In this document: in pieces, positions 10,342 through 27,900 of the stretch | How positions within the stretch are numbered: position 1 is the first letter of the stretch | Layout of the letters: each line of letters starts with the position of its first letter | NCBI GenBank assembly: GCA_002269645.1 | Contig: NIVC01000778.1 | Location: forward strand, 62,001 to 126,000 | Source: Macrostomum lignano | Taxonomy: Eukaryota | Direction: 5' to 3' | DNA length: 64,000 bases | Notes under the pieces: generated by a model | Seen by the model: the letters and a program-made list of their open reading frames with translations, nothing else | Databases searched by the model: none | What the model was told of the DNA's origin: nothing | Position numbers and translations under genes: made by a program

Positions 10342-13080
10342 TCATTGAATTTCAGTGGAGATAAACAGACCCGAAGCCTCAGACTGTCTGTCTCTATGCC
10401 CGTCTGGCACAGTTGAAAGCAACTGAACCTGTTGCTGATGTTGCTGTTGTTGCTGCTGCCGCTGCTGTTCGCAGGTTTTGCAGAGATAAAAGTACACAAA
10501 CACATTAGTTAAAGAGTTGGTGCAGCACAGTATGTTGCTGAGCCAGAATAGACCATTCAAAGAGTAGTTCATCAGCACTAAGATTCTAATAATTACAGTG
10601 GGCAGGTACAGCACTAACAGTGCTATATTCATAGCCATAAAAGCTATGAATGGTCTTCGAAATCGCTTCCTATTGTTGCGAATCGATTGTTGCGAGGCGC
10701 CACCAGAGCTACCGCCGTTCATGTGTCGCCACAAGGTGATTAACACGGCGCCTGAGGAAACCAGGCCGATGACGAGGGGCAGGACAACTTGCGAGATTTA
10801 GGGTAAATTGAAGCAGTATTTAATACTTTGATAAATATATTCAGGAACAGTTTAAGAGACACGTTTAGCGACACAGTCAACGACACACCTAGCGACACAC
10901 CTAGCGACACACCTAGCGACACATTTAGCGAAACACCTAGCGACACACCTAGCAACACACCTAGCGACACACCTAGCGACACATTTAGCGACACACCTAG
11001 CGAAACACCTAGCGACACATTTAGCGACACACCTAGCGACACACCTAGCGACACATTTAGCGACACACCTAGCGACACACCTAGCGACACACCTAGCGAC
11101 ACATTTAGCGACACACCTAGCGACACATTTAGCGACACACCTAGCGACACATTTAGCGACATTTCTTTTTCCAGAGGCATATTTGTCAGCGACACAGTAA
11201 AACAAACCTTTTAAAGACAAATTCAATCAACAAAATGGATATTCTACAGACTATAAAAAGAAACTTTGATTCTAACAGTTTTTTTTACGAAAAAGGAATT
11301 AAAATCTCTAGTGAATCCCTTTCAATATTTCTTCTTTCCGTTCAATTAATTCAATTTATTGTTTTTTTTGTTATACGCTCGTATCAAGGAAATCCATTTC
11401 CATTTAAAATAGCACCCACAATAGAGTTCTGCAAATGATTTAGTAAATTTTAATTGGCTATCTATAAAATGAATTGAAAACTCAAAGGATGATGATTTAA
11501 TGTTGAAACCCAAGCGGAAAGCAATGGGAACCTCAATTTCCTTAGACAAGATTAGTATCGTATTCGACTTTCAGGAATGCTCCATCCGCTTACGTCACAA
11601 GGGAAGGATTCTAATTAAAATGTGCGATTTGGGATTTAAGCATAAACAAGCCGGAACTGAAAATCTGGGAGGCGGACTGGCCCAGCAACTGGGGATATTG
11701 ACCCAGCAACTGAGGATATTGGCCTAGCAACTGGGAATATTGGCCTAGCAACTGAGTATATTGACCTAGCAACTGAGGATATTGACCTAGCAACTGAGGA
11801 TATTGACCTAGCAACTGAGGATATTGACCTAGCAACTGAGGATATTGACCTAGCAACTGAGGATATTGACCTAGCAACTCAGAATATAACCCAGCAACTG
11901 AGGTTATTGGCCTAGCAACTGAGGATATTGACCTAGCAACTGAGGATATTGACCCAGCAACTGGGGATATTGGCGTAGCAACTGGGGATATTGGTCTAGC
12001 AACTGGGGATATTGACCCAGCAACTGAGGATATTGACCTAGCAACTGAGGATATTGACCTAGCAACTGAGGATATTGACCTAGCAACTGGGAATATTGGC
12101 CTAGCAATTGAGGATATTGACCTAGCAACTGGGGATATTGGCCTAGCAACTGGGAATATTGGCCTAGCAATTGAGGATATTGACCTAGCAACTGAGGATA
12201 TTGGCCCAGCAGCTGAAGATATTGGCCTAGCAACTGAGGATATTGGCCCAGCAAGATCCAGTATCTACAGAATCAACAGGTTAAGCAGTAACAGCAGTCT
12301 CACCTGTAGCGGAAACACCACTCCAGTATTGACAGCCAGGAACAGGCTGGCATTATTAACAGCCAACAAGAACCGATCAACAGTAACTGGCGCACTCAAC
12401 CAAGACTGACTATCGCACAGCTCTCCAACAGTTTTCAAGGATAGAAAAGTACAAAACAGGCCGGCATTGCCCAGCAACAAGCAGCTAGCTAAGCGGAATT
12501 GTCTCAGACTTGATCGTTCAGCGCGAGCTCGATGCGACAGCACACTGCCGCGACATCTGCCGCCGCCGCCGCCGCCGCCGCCGCCGCTATGCCTACTAAA
12601 CAGTCGATACCTTGTCAGCGAAATTAAAGCCACCAACCAGTTCCTATAGAACAGGCAGACAGAAGCTAACCACTGATTAATGCCAATAGTCAATGATAAC
12701 ATCGGCGCCAATTTAACCACAGGAAACCTGCGACACAAGCCTAGACAGAGGAACAATAAACTATCGACTATTAGACAGATTGCAATAACAGTTTCCGTAG
12801 CCAGCATTGACGATATCATGCTAGCAACTGCCGGTTCGGTTTTACGGTTCTTCTCAACAAATAGAGATGCAACAGACAGGCATAGGATAGCCGCGCTGAA
12901 CACTAGAAAAGTGTAAGCCTGATTACGCAATATGGGACAGTCCGGCCAACCAGTTGTTGTTCCATTCATAAAATCGTCCAATGTAGACAAATCGAATCCG
13001 TTAAATTCTACTATTGATAATTGTTCACTACCATCTGTAGTGCAGTTCACCGATCGATAATAAATTGGAAATGGCAGCAT
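10342..13080 (-). CDS. Orphan class A (rhodopsin-like) 7TM GPCR; exons 13080..~12304 and ~10787..10342
   Basis: Exon 1 has an N-glycosylation site (NCT) and five hydrophobic segments, including TM3 CLFYRNWLVALISLTRY. Exon 2 has VVLPLVIGLVSSGAVLITLWRH, TM6 FMAMNIALLVLYLP and TM7 NILCCTNSLTNVFVYFY. The best donor (CAG|GTGAGA, phase 0) and acceptor (CAAG|TT, phase 1) are one base out of phase. A possible 5'UTR intron runs 15294..13102. Confidence 0.75.
10858..11162. repeat. 12-bp minisatellite in the GPCR intron
   Basis: TAGCGACACACC / TAGCGACACATT. Confidence 0.93.
11663..12254. repeat. 21-bp minisatellite in the GPCR intron
   Basis: Unit GATATTGACCTAGCAACTGAG. Confidence 0.93.
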
Positions 13081-13254
13081 GGCCGTATCCGATCCTTGGC
13101 ACTGCTTAACAATAGCCTAAAATTGAGGGTTTTTTAAAAGGCTCTCGTGCAGATGATTATTCAACAGTGAAATTAAAGATATGAGAGAGACAAAACAAAG
13201 GGGGAAGAGTGGAGAGAAAGCGGAGAGCAGGAGAGTAGAAAGGGCGATGGAGAA

Positions 13255-13620
13255 CGCAAAGTAACAGAAGGGTGAAGGCGGGAAGGGGAGGGGAAGGCGG
13301 GAAGGGGGGGAGGGGAAGGCGGGAATGGGGAAGGTGAAAGCGGGAATGGGGTAGGTGAAGGCGGGAATGGGGGAGGGGAAGGCGGGAATGGCAGAGGTGA
13401 ATGCGGGAAAGGGGAGGGGAAGGCGGGAATGGGGAGGGGAAGGCGGGAATGGGGGAGGGGAAGGCGGGAATGGCAGAGGTGAATGCGGGAAAGGGGAGGG
13501 GAAGACAGGAATGGGGGAGGGGAATGCGGGAACGGGGAGAGGGGAAGGCGGGAAGGGGGAGAGGGGAAGGCGGGAAGGGGGAGAGGGGAAGGCGGGCGGA
13601 GAGAGGGAAAGCAGAGGAAA
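13255..13620. repeat. Purine-rich degenerate tandem repeat
   Basis: GGGAAGGCGGGAATGGGGGA-type units. Confidence 0.85.
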
Positions 13621-14374
13621 AGTAGAGAGGTGCAAAGTGAGGTATAGATAACAAGTAAAGAAAAATTACTCGCTGTACTATTACGAAAAAACAGGCGATA
13701 ATTTTTGAGCGAGCATGTCAGAGCAAGTGGGGTGGGATGGGGAGAGAGAGAGCAACGGAATTAGAGTGATGCAGGGGATGAGCGATGAGAGAGAGAAGCC
13801 AGAAAAAGCTGTTAATGCCTAAAAGCAATAAGGCCGATGGTGCTGAAGCGGGACCTGCATAACGAGAATTCCCTTGCCGTACCGTTGACAAATTCACTTC
13901 ATACAGAATTTCAACAGTGCACGTACTGTGCCACTCCAATACGAAGATACGATTATAAAGTCAACACTACTCAAGCATAAGATGAGATAAAAAAACAGAA
14001 AACTCAAACAGAATCCAATCGTGTTTGCTTGAATGAGTGAACATTCTTTCTAGAAGAAAACAACAATGAATATCTAACTAACCAAATGGCCTAGCACAGT
14101 GAGTAGGACCAACACATTCATAGCAAAGCCTACAGCAAGCTGTGTAGCCATGTGGGATTTACAACCATTAACTCAACTGTGCGACTACTAGCTTCCAACT
14201 GAGTATAAAAGTACAAAAGCTACTTTATAACTAAGCAAATTAACACGTGTAAAGAAATTAAGTAGATAAGCTTAAAATTATTATACTTGATTATTTAAAA
14301 CTCAGATGTCGTCTTTACAATAGCATAAGTGCAGTCATAAATGCACAGTGTCATAAATGCACAGTGTACAGAGG

Positions 14375-14883
<509 letters not shown>

Positions 14884-16705
14884 TACCCCAACGCAATTCT
14901 TACCAATTGACCGGCAGGCCAAAAGAGAACACTCGATGGTAAAAATGCCAACAGGACAGCAAAATGTTAATTAGTCTGACGCAGAGACGCTGGGGCGGCG
15001 CTCTGTCAGATTAATCTCTAGATTAGCAAAAGTACACAGACTCAGATAGCTTAATGAGCAACGCTTAATAACCGTTTAAAGGATTCACTGACCGCAAAAA
15101 CTGGTTTAATAGGGAATCGCGTGAGGGGAGGAGAATAGCTAATATTTTGCTGGCCAAATCTAAGAACGAGCGCTATTGGCCGAAGTTCGAGTAGCCAGTA
15201 GCAACGCCTGACACTGACAAATGAGTACTGCTGCGATACAGGTCACGTTGGCTCATAAATTACAGTTATAAATAAGTATATGACTAATACTTACCTTACC
15301 AAAGGCATATTGATTCTTGCTGACTTAAAAAACAGCAGCAAAGTTATTAGTTTATTTTAATGTTTTTGCTGAAAGTTTTAAAATAGTAAAAAATTAGAAT
15401 ATATGTACTTTAAATAAACAAATTAAATCAAAATCTGATTTGTCACTACTCATTTTCGACAAAGGATATTAAATCAATTGTTCGTCAATTTATTAGTAAA
15501 TAAAAATTACTAATACAAACATTACTATAACAGTGAAAGTCAGTAATGAACAAAAATCAAGCATATATGCAATACCATATAATAGTAATTATATAAATCG
15601 TTTGAAAGTTGATTTGAACTCGACAACAACAACAGACAATACGAGAGAGACTCTTGATCCTCAGTCAAAACGTCGGTGAAGTATTGATCATAAAAATTAA
15701 TGATAATAATAACAATGTTAATAAAGTAGCATATAAAACCGTGCTACTAATGCCTTTAAAGCCAATAAATGACATAACAGATACACTACTATTAGTAATT
15801 GTAGTGCATATTATATTGCTTTTAACTTCGTGACGCATTTAACGCCCTTATCTGTTAGGCTACGGAATTCTGGCCTTCCAACAATTTCCGACTTTCCAAC
15901 CTTTCAAAACTGTGAATCTTTAAAAGGCAACAGACTAAAGCAATACAAAACATACTTCAAGACTTGAGTATTGTTCTGATAATATAATACCTTGGAAAAC
16001 AAAATATTCGGCTGCCATTGCTCTGACAGAAAGTTCATAGTGATTGAAGTGTTAACATCGAAGTCGTTAGATCGAAGAGTCAAATCGCAGTTTTAATAAA
16101 AAAAGATGAAAAAATGTTATTCAATCAACTATGTATAAACTGTGAAGGCTTCTGAATGTGTTGCGAACCCGGCGCTGTGGTTGGGGGAAAAAGCGACACT
16201 AGCTATATAGCAAGGCAATACAAACACATTCATTTGGAATGGTTATTTAAATATAATTATTTATAGATTTTACATAAGCCACTGATCTTACAGAACACAT
16301 ATTAAGCACCAATTATTGAAAGTGTTTTACAGTGCTGTTTAATAATTAAAAATTGGCATCATACATAAATTTTATAAATATATGTTTAGGCTTTAAATAA
16401 AACAAACAGTTCTTTATGGCTTAAAGACATGAATTTGTCATTGTTCTAAATTTATTACATCCGATCGACCGTAAACAAACAAAATGGCTGCGTTTTGCGT
16501 GCAAAAAAACAGATAAAAAATTGCTTTTGCGAATGGGTTTTATTCATTTTTGCGCTTTTCGAGGCAAAAAGAAAATAGAATGCTCTTCTAGCCCAAAAAT
16601 TTGTCGGTTAATATCAGGCAAAACCATTAATATCGAGTTTGCAAACAAAATAATAAATTTGCCATTGGTAGCCACTGCAATTAGAAATCGCACATGCTTC
16701 GATAG

Positions 16706-17735
16706 TGGGTCGGTGACGATATTTGGTGTGGGTCAGTGACGATATTTGGTGTGGGTCAGTGACGATATTTGGTGTGGGCCAGTGACGATATTTGGTGTGG
16801 GCCAGTGACGATATTTGGTGTGGGTCAGTGACGATATTTGGTGTGGGTCAGTGACGATATTTGGTGTGGGTCAGTGACGATATTTAGTGGGTCGGTGACG
16901 ATATTTGGTGTGGGTCAGTGACGATATTTGGTGTGGGTCAGTGACGATATTTGGTGTGGGCCAGTGACGATATTTGGTGTGGGCCAGTGACGATATTTGG
17001 TGTGGGTCAGTGACGATATTTGGTGTGGGTCAGTGACGATATTTGGTGTGGGTCAGTGACGATATTTGGTGTGGGCCAGTGACGATATTTGGTGTGGGTC
17101 AGTGACGATATTTGGTGTGGGTCAGTGACGATATTTGGTGTGGGTCAGTGACGATATTTGGTGTGGGTCAGTGACGATATTTGGTGTGGGCCAGTGACGA
17201 TATTTGGTGTGGGTCAGTGACGATATTTGGTGTGGGTCAGTGACGATATTTGGTGTGGGTCAGTGACGATATTTAGTGGGTCGGTGACGATATTTAGTGG
17301 GTCGGTGACGATATTTGGTGTGGGTCAGTGACGATATTTAGTGTGGGTCGGTGACGATATTTAGTGTGGGTCGGTGACGATATTTGGTGTGGGTCGGTGA
17401 CGATATTTAGTGTGGGTCAGTGACGATATTTAGTGTGGGTCGGTGACGATATTTGGTGTGGGTCAGTGACGATATTTAGTGGGTCAGTGACGATATTTGG
17501 TGTGGGTCAGTGACGATATTTGGTGTGGGTCAGTGACGATATTTGGTGTGGGTCAGTGACGATATTTTGTGTGGGTCAGTGACGATATTTGGAGTGGGTC
17601 AGTGACGATATTTGGAGTGGGTCAGTGACGATATTTGAAGTGGGTCAGTGACGATATTTGAAGTGGGTCAGTGACGATATTTGGAGTGGGTCAGTGACGA
17701 TATTTAGTGTGAGTCACTGCCGATTCTTAAAGTGG
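16706..17735. repeat. 23-bp minisatellite
   Basis: Unit GTGACGATATTTGGTGTGGGTCA, ~45 copies. Confidence 0.95.
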
Positions 17736-17988
17736 GTCAGTTTGAGGCGTTTAAATTGTCTGCAACTCTGAAACGAAGCGCTAACACGACGGCTTTTTTC
17801 ATGACTCTTTTACAATTGCGAACTCACGTCGTGATGCACTCGTGACGCAACAGTCGCCTTTCTGTCCCATCACAGTCTTTTGAGTCGTTATTAAAGTCAC
17901 AAGAGTCGCCCCAAGAGTCACTAGTGAGCTGTTTGCAATGACTCTTCAGCGATTCTTGGTCACAGTCTTGTCAGCGATCTGTCAAAAA

Positions 17989-21716
<3,728 letters not shown>

Positions 21717-21859
21717 TGCTGCTTTTTTCAAGCAAACTTACGCAGCCAAGAATGCAGTTTGATATTATATCAATCAGAAACGAATAAAAAACTCTTTTTT
21801 AATCCAAACATATTGCGATACTGGGATTTTGAAGTTACTGACCAAATCAGGGATCTGAG

Positions 21860-23975
21860 ATGGCTGGGATCTATAATAAGATGGATGGCTGGGATCTGAA
21901 ATGTTTAGCTGGGATCTGAGATTGTTGGCTGGGATCTGAAATGGGTAGCTGGGATCTGAGATGGGTAGCTGAGATGGGTAGCTGGGATCTGAGATGGGTA
22001 GCTGAGATGGGTAGCTGGGATCTGAGATGGGTAGCTGGGATCTGAGATGGGTAGCTGGGATCTGAGATGGGTAGCTGGGATCTGAGATGGGTAGCTCGGA
22101 TCTGAGATGGGTAGCTGAGATCTGGGATGGGTAGCTGGGATCTGAGATGGGTAGCTGAGATGGGTAGCTGAGATGGGTAGCTGAGATGGGTAGCTGAGAT
22201 GGGTAGCTGGGATCTGAGATGGGTAGCTGGGATCTGAAATGGGTAGCTGAGATCTGAGATGGGTAGCTCGGATCTGAGATGGGTAGCTGAGATCTGAGAT
22301 GGGTAGCTGAGATCTGGGATGGGTAGCTGAGATGGGTAGCTGAGATGGGTAGCTGGGATCTGAGATGGGTAGCTGAGATCTGGGATGGGTAGCTGGGATC
22401 TGAGATGGGTGTAGCTGGGATCTGAGATGGTTGGCTGGGATCTGAGATGGTTGGCTGGGATCTGAGATGGTTGGCTGGGATCTGAGATGGGTAGCTCGGA
22501 TCTGAGATGGGTAGCTGAGATCTGGGATGGGTAGCTGGGATCTGAGATGGGTAGCTGAGATGGGTAGCTGAGATGGGTAGCTGAGATGGGTAGCTGAGAT
22601 GGGTAGCTGGGATCTGAGATGGGTAGCTGGGATCTGAAATGGGTAGCTGAGATCTGAGATGGGTAGCTCGGATCTGAGATGGGTAGCTCGGATCTGAGAT
22701 GGGTAGCTGAGATCTGAGATGGGTAGCTGAGATCTGGGATGGGTAGCTGAGATGGGTAGCTGAGATGGGTAGCTGAGATGGGTAGCTGGGATCTGAGATG
22801 GGTAGCTGAGATCTGGGATAGGTAGCTGGGATCTGAGATGGGTGTAGCTGGGATCTGAGATGGTTGGCTGGGATCTGAGATGGTTGGCTGGGATCTGAGA
22901 TGGTTGGCTGGGATCTAAGATGGGTAGCTCGGATCTGAGATGGGTAGCTGAGATCTGGGATGGGTAGCTGGGATCTGAGATGGGTAGCTGAGATGGGTAG
23001 CTGAGATGGGTAGCTGAGATGGGTAGCTGAGATGGGTAGCTGGGATCTGAGATGGGTAGCTGGGATCTGAAATGGGTAGCTGAGATCTGAGATGGGTAGC
23101 TCGGATCTGAGATGGGTAGCTGAGATCTGAGATGGGTAGCTGAGATCTGGGATGGGTAGCTGGGATCTGAGATGGGTGTAGCTGGGATCTGAGATGGTTG
23201 GCTGGGATCTGAGATGGTTGGCTGGGATCTGAGATGGTTGGCTGGGATCTGAGATGGGTAGCTCGGATCTGAGATGGTTGGCTGGGATCTGAGATGGTTG
23301 GCTGGGATCTGAGATGGTTGGCTGGGATCTGAGATGGTTGGCTGGGATCTGAGATGGGTAGCTCGGATCTGAGATGGGTAGCTGAGATCTGAGATGGGTA
23401 GCTGAGATCTGGGATGGGTAGCTGAGATGGGTAGCTGAGATGGGTAGCTGAGATGGGTAGCTGGGATCTGAGATGGGTAGCTGAGATCTGGGATGGGTAG
23501 CTGGGATCTGAGATGGGTGTAGCTGGGATCTGAGATGGTTGGCTGGGATCTGAGATGGGTAGCTGGGATCTGAGATGGTTGGCTGGGATCTGAGATGGTT
23601 GGCTGGGATCTGAGATGGTTGGCTGGGATCTGAGATGGTTGGCTGGGATCTGAGATGGTTGGCTGTGATTTGAGATGGGTAGCTGGGATCTTAGATAGAT
23701 GGCTGGGATCTGAGATGGTTGGCTGTGATTTGAGATGGGTAGCTGGGATCTGAGATAGATGGCTGGGATCTGAGATGGGTAGCAGGGATCTGAGATGGTT
23801 GGCTGGGATCTCGGTTTGATTTGATGGCTGGGATCTGAGATGGCTGGGATCTAAGATGGCTGGGATCTAAGATGGTTGGCTGTGGTCGGTCTAAGATGGG
23901 TAGCTGGGATCTGAGATGGGTAGCTGGGATCTGAGATGGGTAGCTGGGATCTGAGATGGGTAGCTGGAATCTCAG
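21860..23975. repeat. 20/13-bp minisatellite with higher-order blocks, upstream of SPHK
   Basis: GGGTAGCTGGGATCTGAGAT and GGGTAGCTGAGAT; a GGGTGTAGC variant recurs at ~22410, 22843, 23177 and 23517. Confidence 0.95.
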
Positions 23976-24624
23976 GTGGATGGTTGCAATGTTAATACGC
24001 TGATAACGTTAAAAAATTGTTAAAACAACCAGTAGGAGCTAAAATTGAAAAAAATGTACTTCAAATACAAAATATTGATTATATTTATTATGATAAAAAA
24101 CCAACACTGACCGGTTGCATGGATTATTTTGCAATTATTACTTATTCAAAAGTGAGATTATATTATAAAGCAAGGTAGCAAACCGTTTAAGTGTATTGAC
24201 ACGTTAAACAATAATTTAACAACGGCCAAGTGAAAAATGTTACAAAGGCTGATCATATTAAACAAATAACTAGCTATAGGAATCACTATTATCATCTCTG
24301 GTTTATCTAAAATATTAGAAACAACATGAGTAAGTACAGTGTTTAATCTCACGACTAACTTTACCTAAATAAGCATAGAAATAAATAGTTTCATTACCAA
24401 CACTATAATCAATATATGATAGAATTATATAGGCAAAATAGAAAACAACTATTTTACGAGGTAATTGATTCACAAGTAGAAAAATTAGATTATATCAGAT
24501 TATCAGATCAGATAAAAAATCAGATTATATATTCGGAATACTGACTGTTTTAATAGGAAATATTACTATAGAAAATTTAATTTATGCACTGTGACGGTTA
24601 ATTTTAAAGCATAAAGTTAGTCTA

Positions 24625-24840
24625 TATACTACTCGAATAGCCCAACTACTTACATGTATACTATTGAAATATCCGTTATATGCTACTCAAATATCCTAAC
24701 TACTATACTACTGAAATAGTCCGTTATATACTACTCGAATATCTTAACTACTATATTATTGAAATATCCGTTATATACTACTCGAATATCCTACCTAATA
24801 AACTACTGAAATATCCGTTCGATACTACTCGAATATCCCG
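24625..24840. repeat. Degenerate ~45-bp tandem repeat
   Basis: TACTACTCGAATATCCTAACTACTATACTACTGAAATATCCGTTA-like unit, 4-5 copies. Confidence 0.7.
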
Positions 24841-24968
24841 GCCCGTATACTAATAAGGGAAAGAAATTTAACAACATGAAATACAAAATAAACACAAACT
24901 GTGACACTGTGAAAGTTGGAAACTCAGACGACACAAATAGACCCAGTCGCTCAGGTGCTATCAACCAA

Positions 24969-27900
24969 TTACTGGCTCAGAGACATGGCTGCATGAGCCT
25001 CTTGTGCTTCGATCGCTGCCGCCTCCTTCTTTAGACGTTCGTCTTCGTTAATAAACAGAGAAAACATTTTTATAAATCTAGAGTACACTTTGTTCTCGTG
25101 AAAGTCAACCTTCGTTTGCTTCTTCTCATTGCCGTAGAAGATTGAATGGCACACGATCGACGTGGCTTGGTCGCCGCCGCCGCCGCCTCCTCCGCCGCTG
25201 CCGCCGCCACCGGCACCGCCGTCACGTCCTTCGCCGCCGCCAACGGCGCCAGAATCCTCGAAGGCGCTTCTAAGAATTTTTTGACGTCGATGGAAGATTA
25301 GCATGACTTGCGGATGGCGAATTGTGGGGCGGATTTTAGCAGCGGATTCTTAGGGAGCGGATTTTGGAAGCGGGAATCTTAGGGGGGGTGGATTTTGGAA
25401 GCGGATCCTAAGGGGCGGATTATGGAAGTGGATCCTAAGGGGCTGATTATGGAAGCGGATCCTAAGGGGCGGATTATGGAAGCGGATCTTAAGGGGCGGA
25501 TTATGGAAGCGGATCCTAAGGGGCGGATTATGGAAGCGGATCTTAAGGGGCGGATTATAGAAGCGGATTCTAAGGGGCGGATTATAGAAGCGGATCCTAA
25601 GGGGCGGATTATGGAAGCGGATCTTAAGGGGCGGATTATGGAAGCGGATCCTAAGGGGCGGATTATGGAAGCGGATCCTAAGGGGCGGATTATGGAAGCG
25701 GATCTTAAGGGGCGGATTATACAAGCGGATTCTAAGGGGCGGATTATGGAAGCGGATCCTAAGGGGCTGATTATGGAAGCGGATCCTAAGGGGCGGATTA
25801 TGGAAGCGGATCCTAAGGGGCGGATTATGGAAGCGGATCTTAAGGGGCGGATTATGGAAGCGGATCTTAAGGGGCGGATTATGGAAGCGGATCTTAAGGG
25901 GCGGATTATGGAAGCGGATCCTAAGGGGCTGATTATGGAAGCGGATCCTAAGGGGCTGATTATGGAAGCGGATCCTAAGGGGCGGATTATGGAAGCGGAT
26001 CCTAAGGGGCGGATTATGGAAGCGGATCCTAAGGGGCGGATTATGGAAGCGGATCCTAAGGGGCGGATTATGGAAGCGGATCTTAAGGGGCGGATTATGG
26101 AAGCGGATCTTAAGGGGCGGATTATGGAAGCGGATCCTAAGGGGCTGATTATGGAAGCGGATCCTAAGGGGCGGATTATGGAAGCGGATCCTAAGGGGCG
26201 GATTATAGAAGTGGATTTTAAGTGGCAGATTATGTGGGTGTATCCAACTGACCTGTGATCATCCAGCTCTCCAATTGGTTGGCCCTTGAAATAAAATGTC
26301 CAAGTGCAAATTCCATTCTCCGGATTAGACGATTGTCCCCAAACGTCTTTAATAAATTTCACTTTGTCGGGAAATCTGACAGCTAACGATTCGAATAATT
26401 CGTTATTTTTTAATAACAAATCAAACGAACTGGTTGTGTAAGAGTACTTGTTGTTGTGCCGGTTCATTGTTAATTTAACAACTGGCACCCCGCTGCGTAC
26501 AATGGCATCAGCTTCGGCCTGAGTAGACTGATTAACCAAAATAATATTAGTGGACGCCTTTGGCGCCGACTGCCAGGACACTTCGCGCATTCTCAACGCG
26601 TACTCAACTTTGGTGATTAGATTGCTAAGACAATAATACTTTGCCTCGCGAAGTAGCTCGCGTAGCTCTTTCTGACTGTCTGGCAGTTCAGTGCTGCCAT
26701 CGCGTAGGTAGTTCAGAATGATGCCAAAATGCTTGCCATCTCTGTCGATCATCACCCAGCCTAGGATTGGAGTGGGAGAATACAGCATAAAAATGAGTGT
26801 TTTATTTGAACTATAAACAGCAAAACAGCAAAAAAGGCTACCAATACCTAATGCCTATACTGTGTTTTTTAAAGGTTGGAAACCCAGTTGCCAGCTGGCC
26901 CTTGGGGCTCAAAATCCAGTTTCCAATGACTATTTTTGGTTGCCCATTGGCAACTAGCCAAATTCTCAAGGATGGATATTTCCAAGGCTGCATTTGAAAA
27001 GCAGAAATTTGTTTTGTTAACTCTAAGTCTAAGATTGCTATCTATGCTGCAAACAATAACAAACTAACAATTCCATCATATCGATTTATATGGCAATTTT
27101 ATTACATTTACAAAATCATTTTTTTAAAATTGGCAACTGGCACAGGGAAAATAAAGTTGCCAGATTGGCCTCTGATGCCAAAATAAATCCAGTTGCAAAT
27201 AAGATTTTCAAGGGGCCAAAAAATCCTATATTGCCCATGTGACATTGTGGTGTTATGCTAGTATATTCCTAGTTATTATTCTTAGTGCATTCTTAGTTAG
27301 TATTTGTGAGTGCACTGATTGGCTAGTGTGTTTCAGTGCATGTTCACTGCACCGAGTTGTTTGTTTGCATTTCACGCGTGGCTAGCATGGTGGGGTCTGT
27401 GCAATCAGGTCAACCACCCTTTCTTTAGTCCTAGGGTAAATAAGTGTGTCTTGTAAAGAGCCCAGTTTTATGATCTGGCTCTCTACATTCTTCTACACAC
27501 TCAACTCAATTACAAGCCTTTAGCTTCAAAAACCCAAAAACCCAGTGCTTATATATCTATATATATATAAAAATAATTCCTGATTTAATAGTATTCTGCT
27601 AACTATATGCAGTTAAAAATTGCATGTAAAAGAAAAGAATGGATTGCTATCCCATGGATTCTGAAGCAACAAAATGGATTGCTAATCTATCCAAATGCAA
27701 AGAACAAAAATGGTAAAAGAATTCCTATTTTAATTAAGATTACTATTGTTTTTAGCAATCATGCTTGGGCATAACCTAGAGATTCACCTGGCCATTTCTA
27801 TTAGCAATCACACACATGTAAGTTGCTATTAGTCAGAATACTAGTCATGTGACTGCTCTCGGCCAATAGCAACTTACATATGTGTGTTGCCAATAGAAAA

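Noticed and set aside
13718-13939. 73-aa minus-strand ORF with a hydrophobic stretch
   Set aside because: No recognisable homology or convincing splice signals; it lies in the putative GPCR 5'UTR intron.
16706-17735. Regular 23-bp (also 31- and 36-bp) repeats superficially like CRISPR arrays
   Set aside because: Units are directly tandem without unique spacers, there are no cas genes, and the context is eukaryotic.
21719-21745. GTAAGT...AAGCAG just upstream of the SPHK ATG as a cis intron
   Set aside because: It would be only ~23 nt long, too short to accept without transcript evidence.
25395-26258. 287-aa plus-strand ORF (MEADPKGRI)n
   Set aside because: It is the 27-bp intronic minisatellite read on the antisense strand.
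27238-27515. TG...CA segment resembling a solo LTR
   Set aside because: No 4-6 bp TSD or terminal inverted match could be found for any tested boundary.
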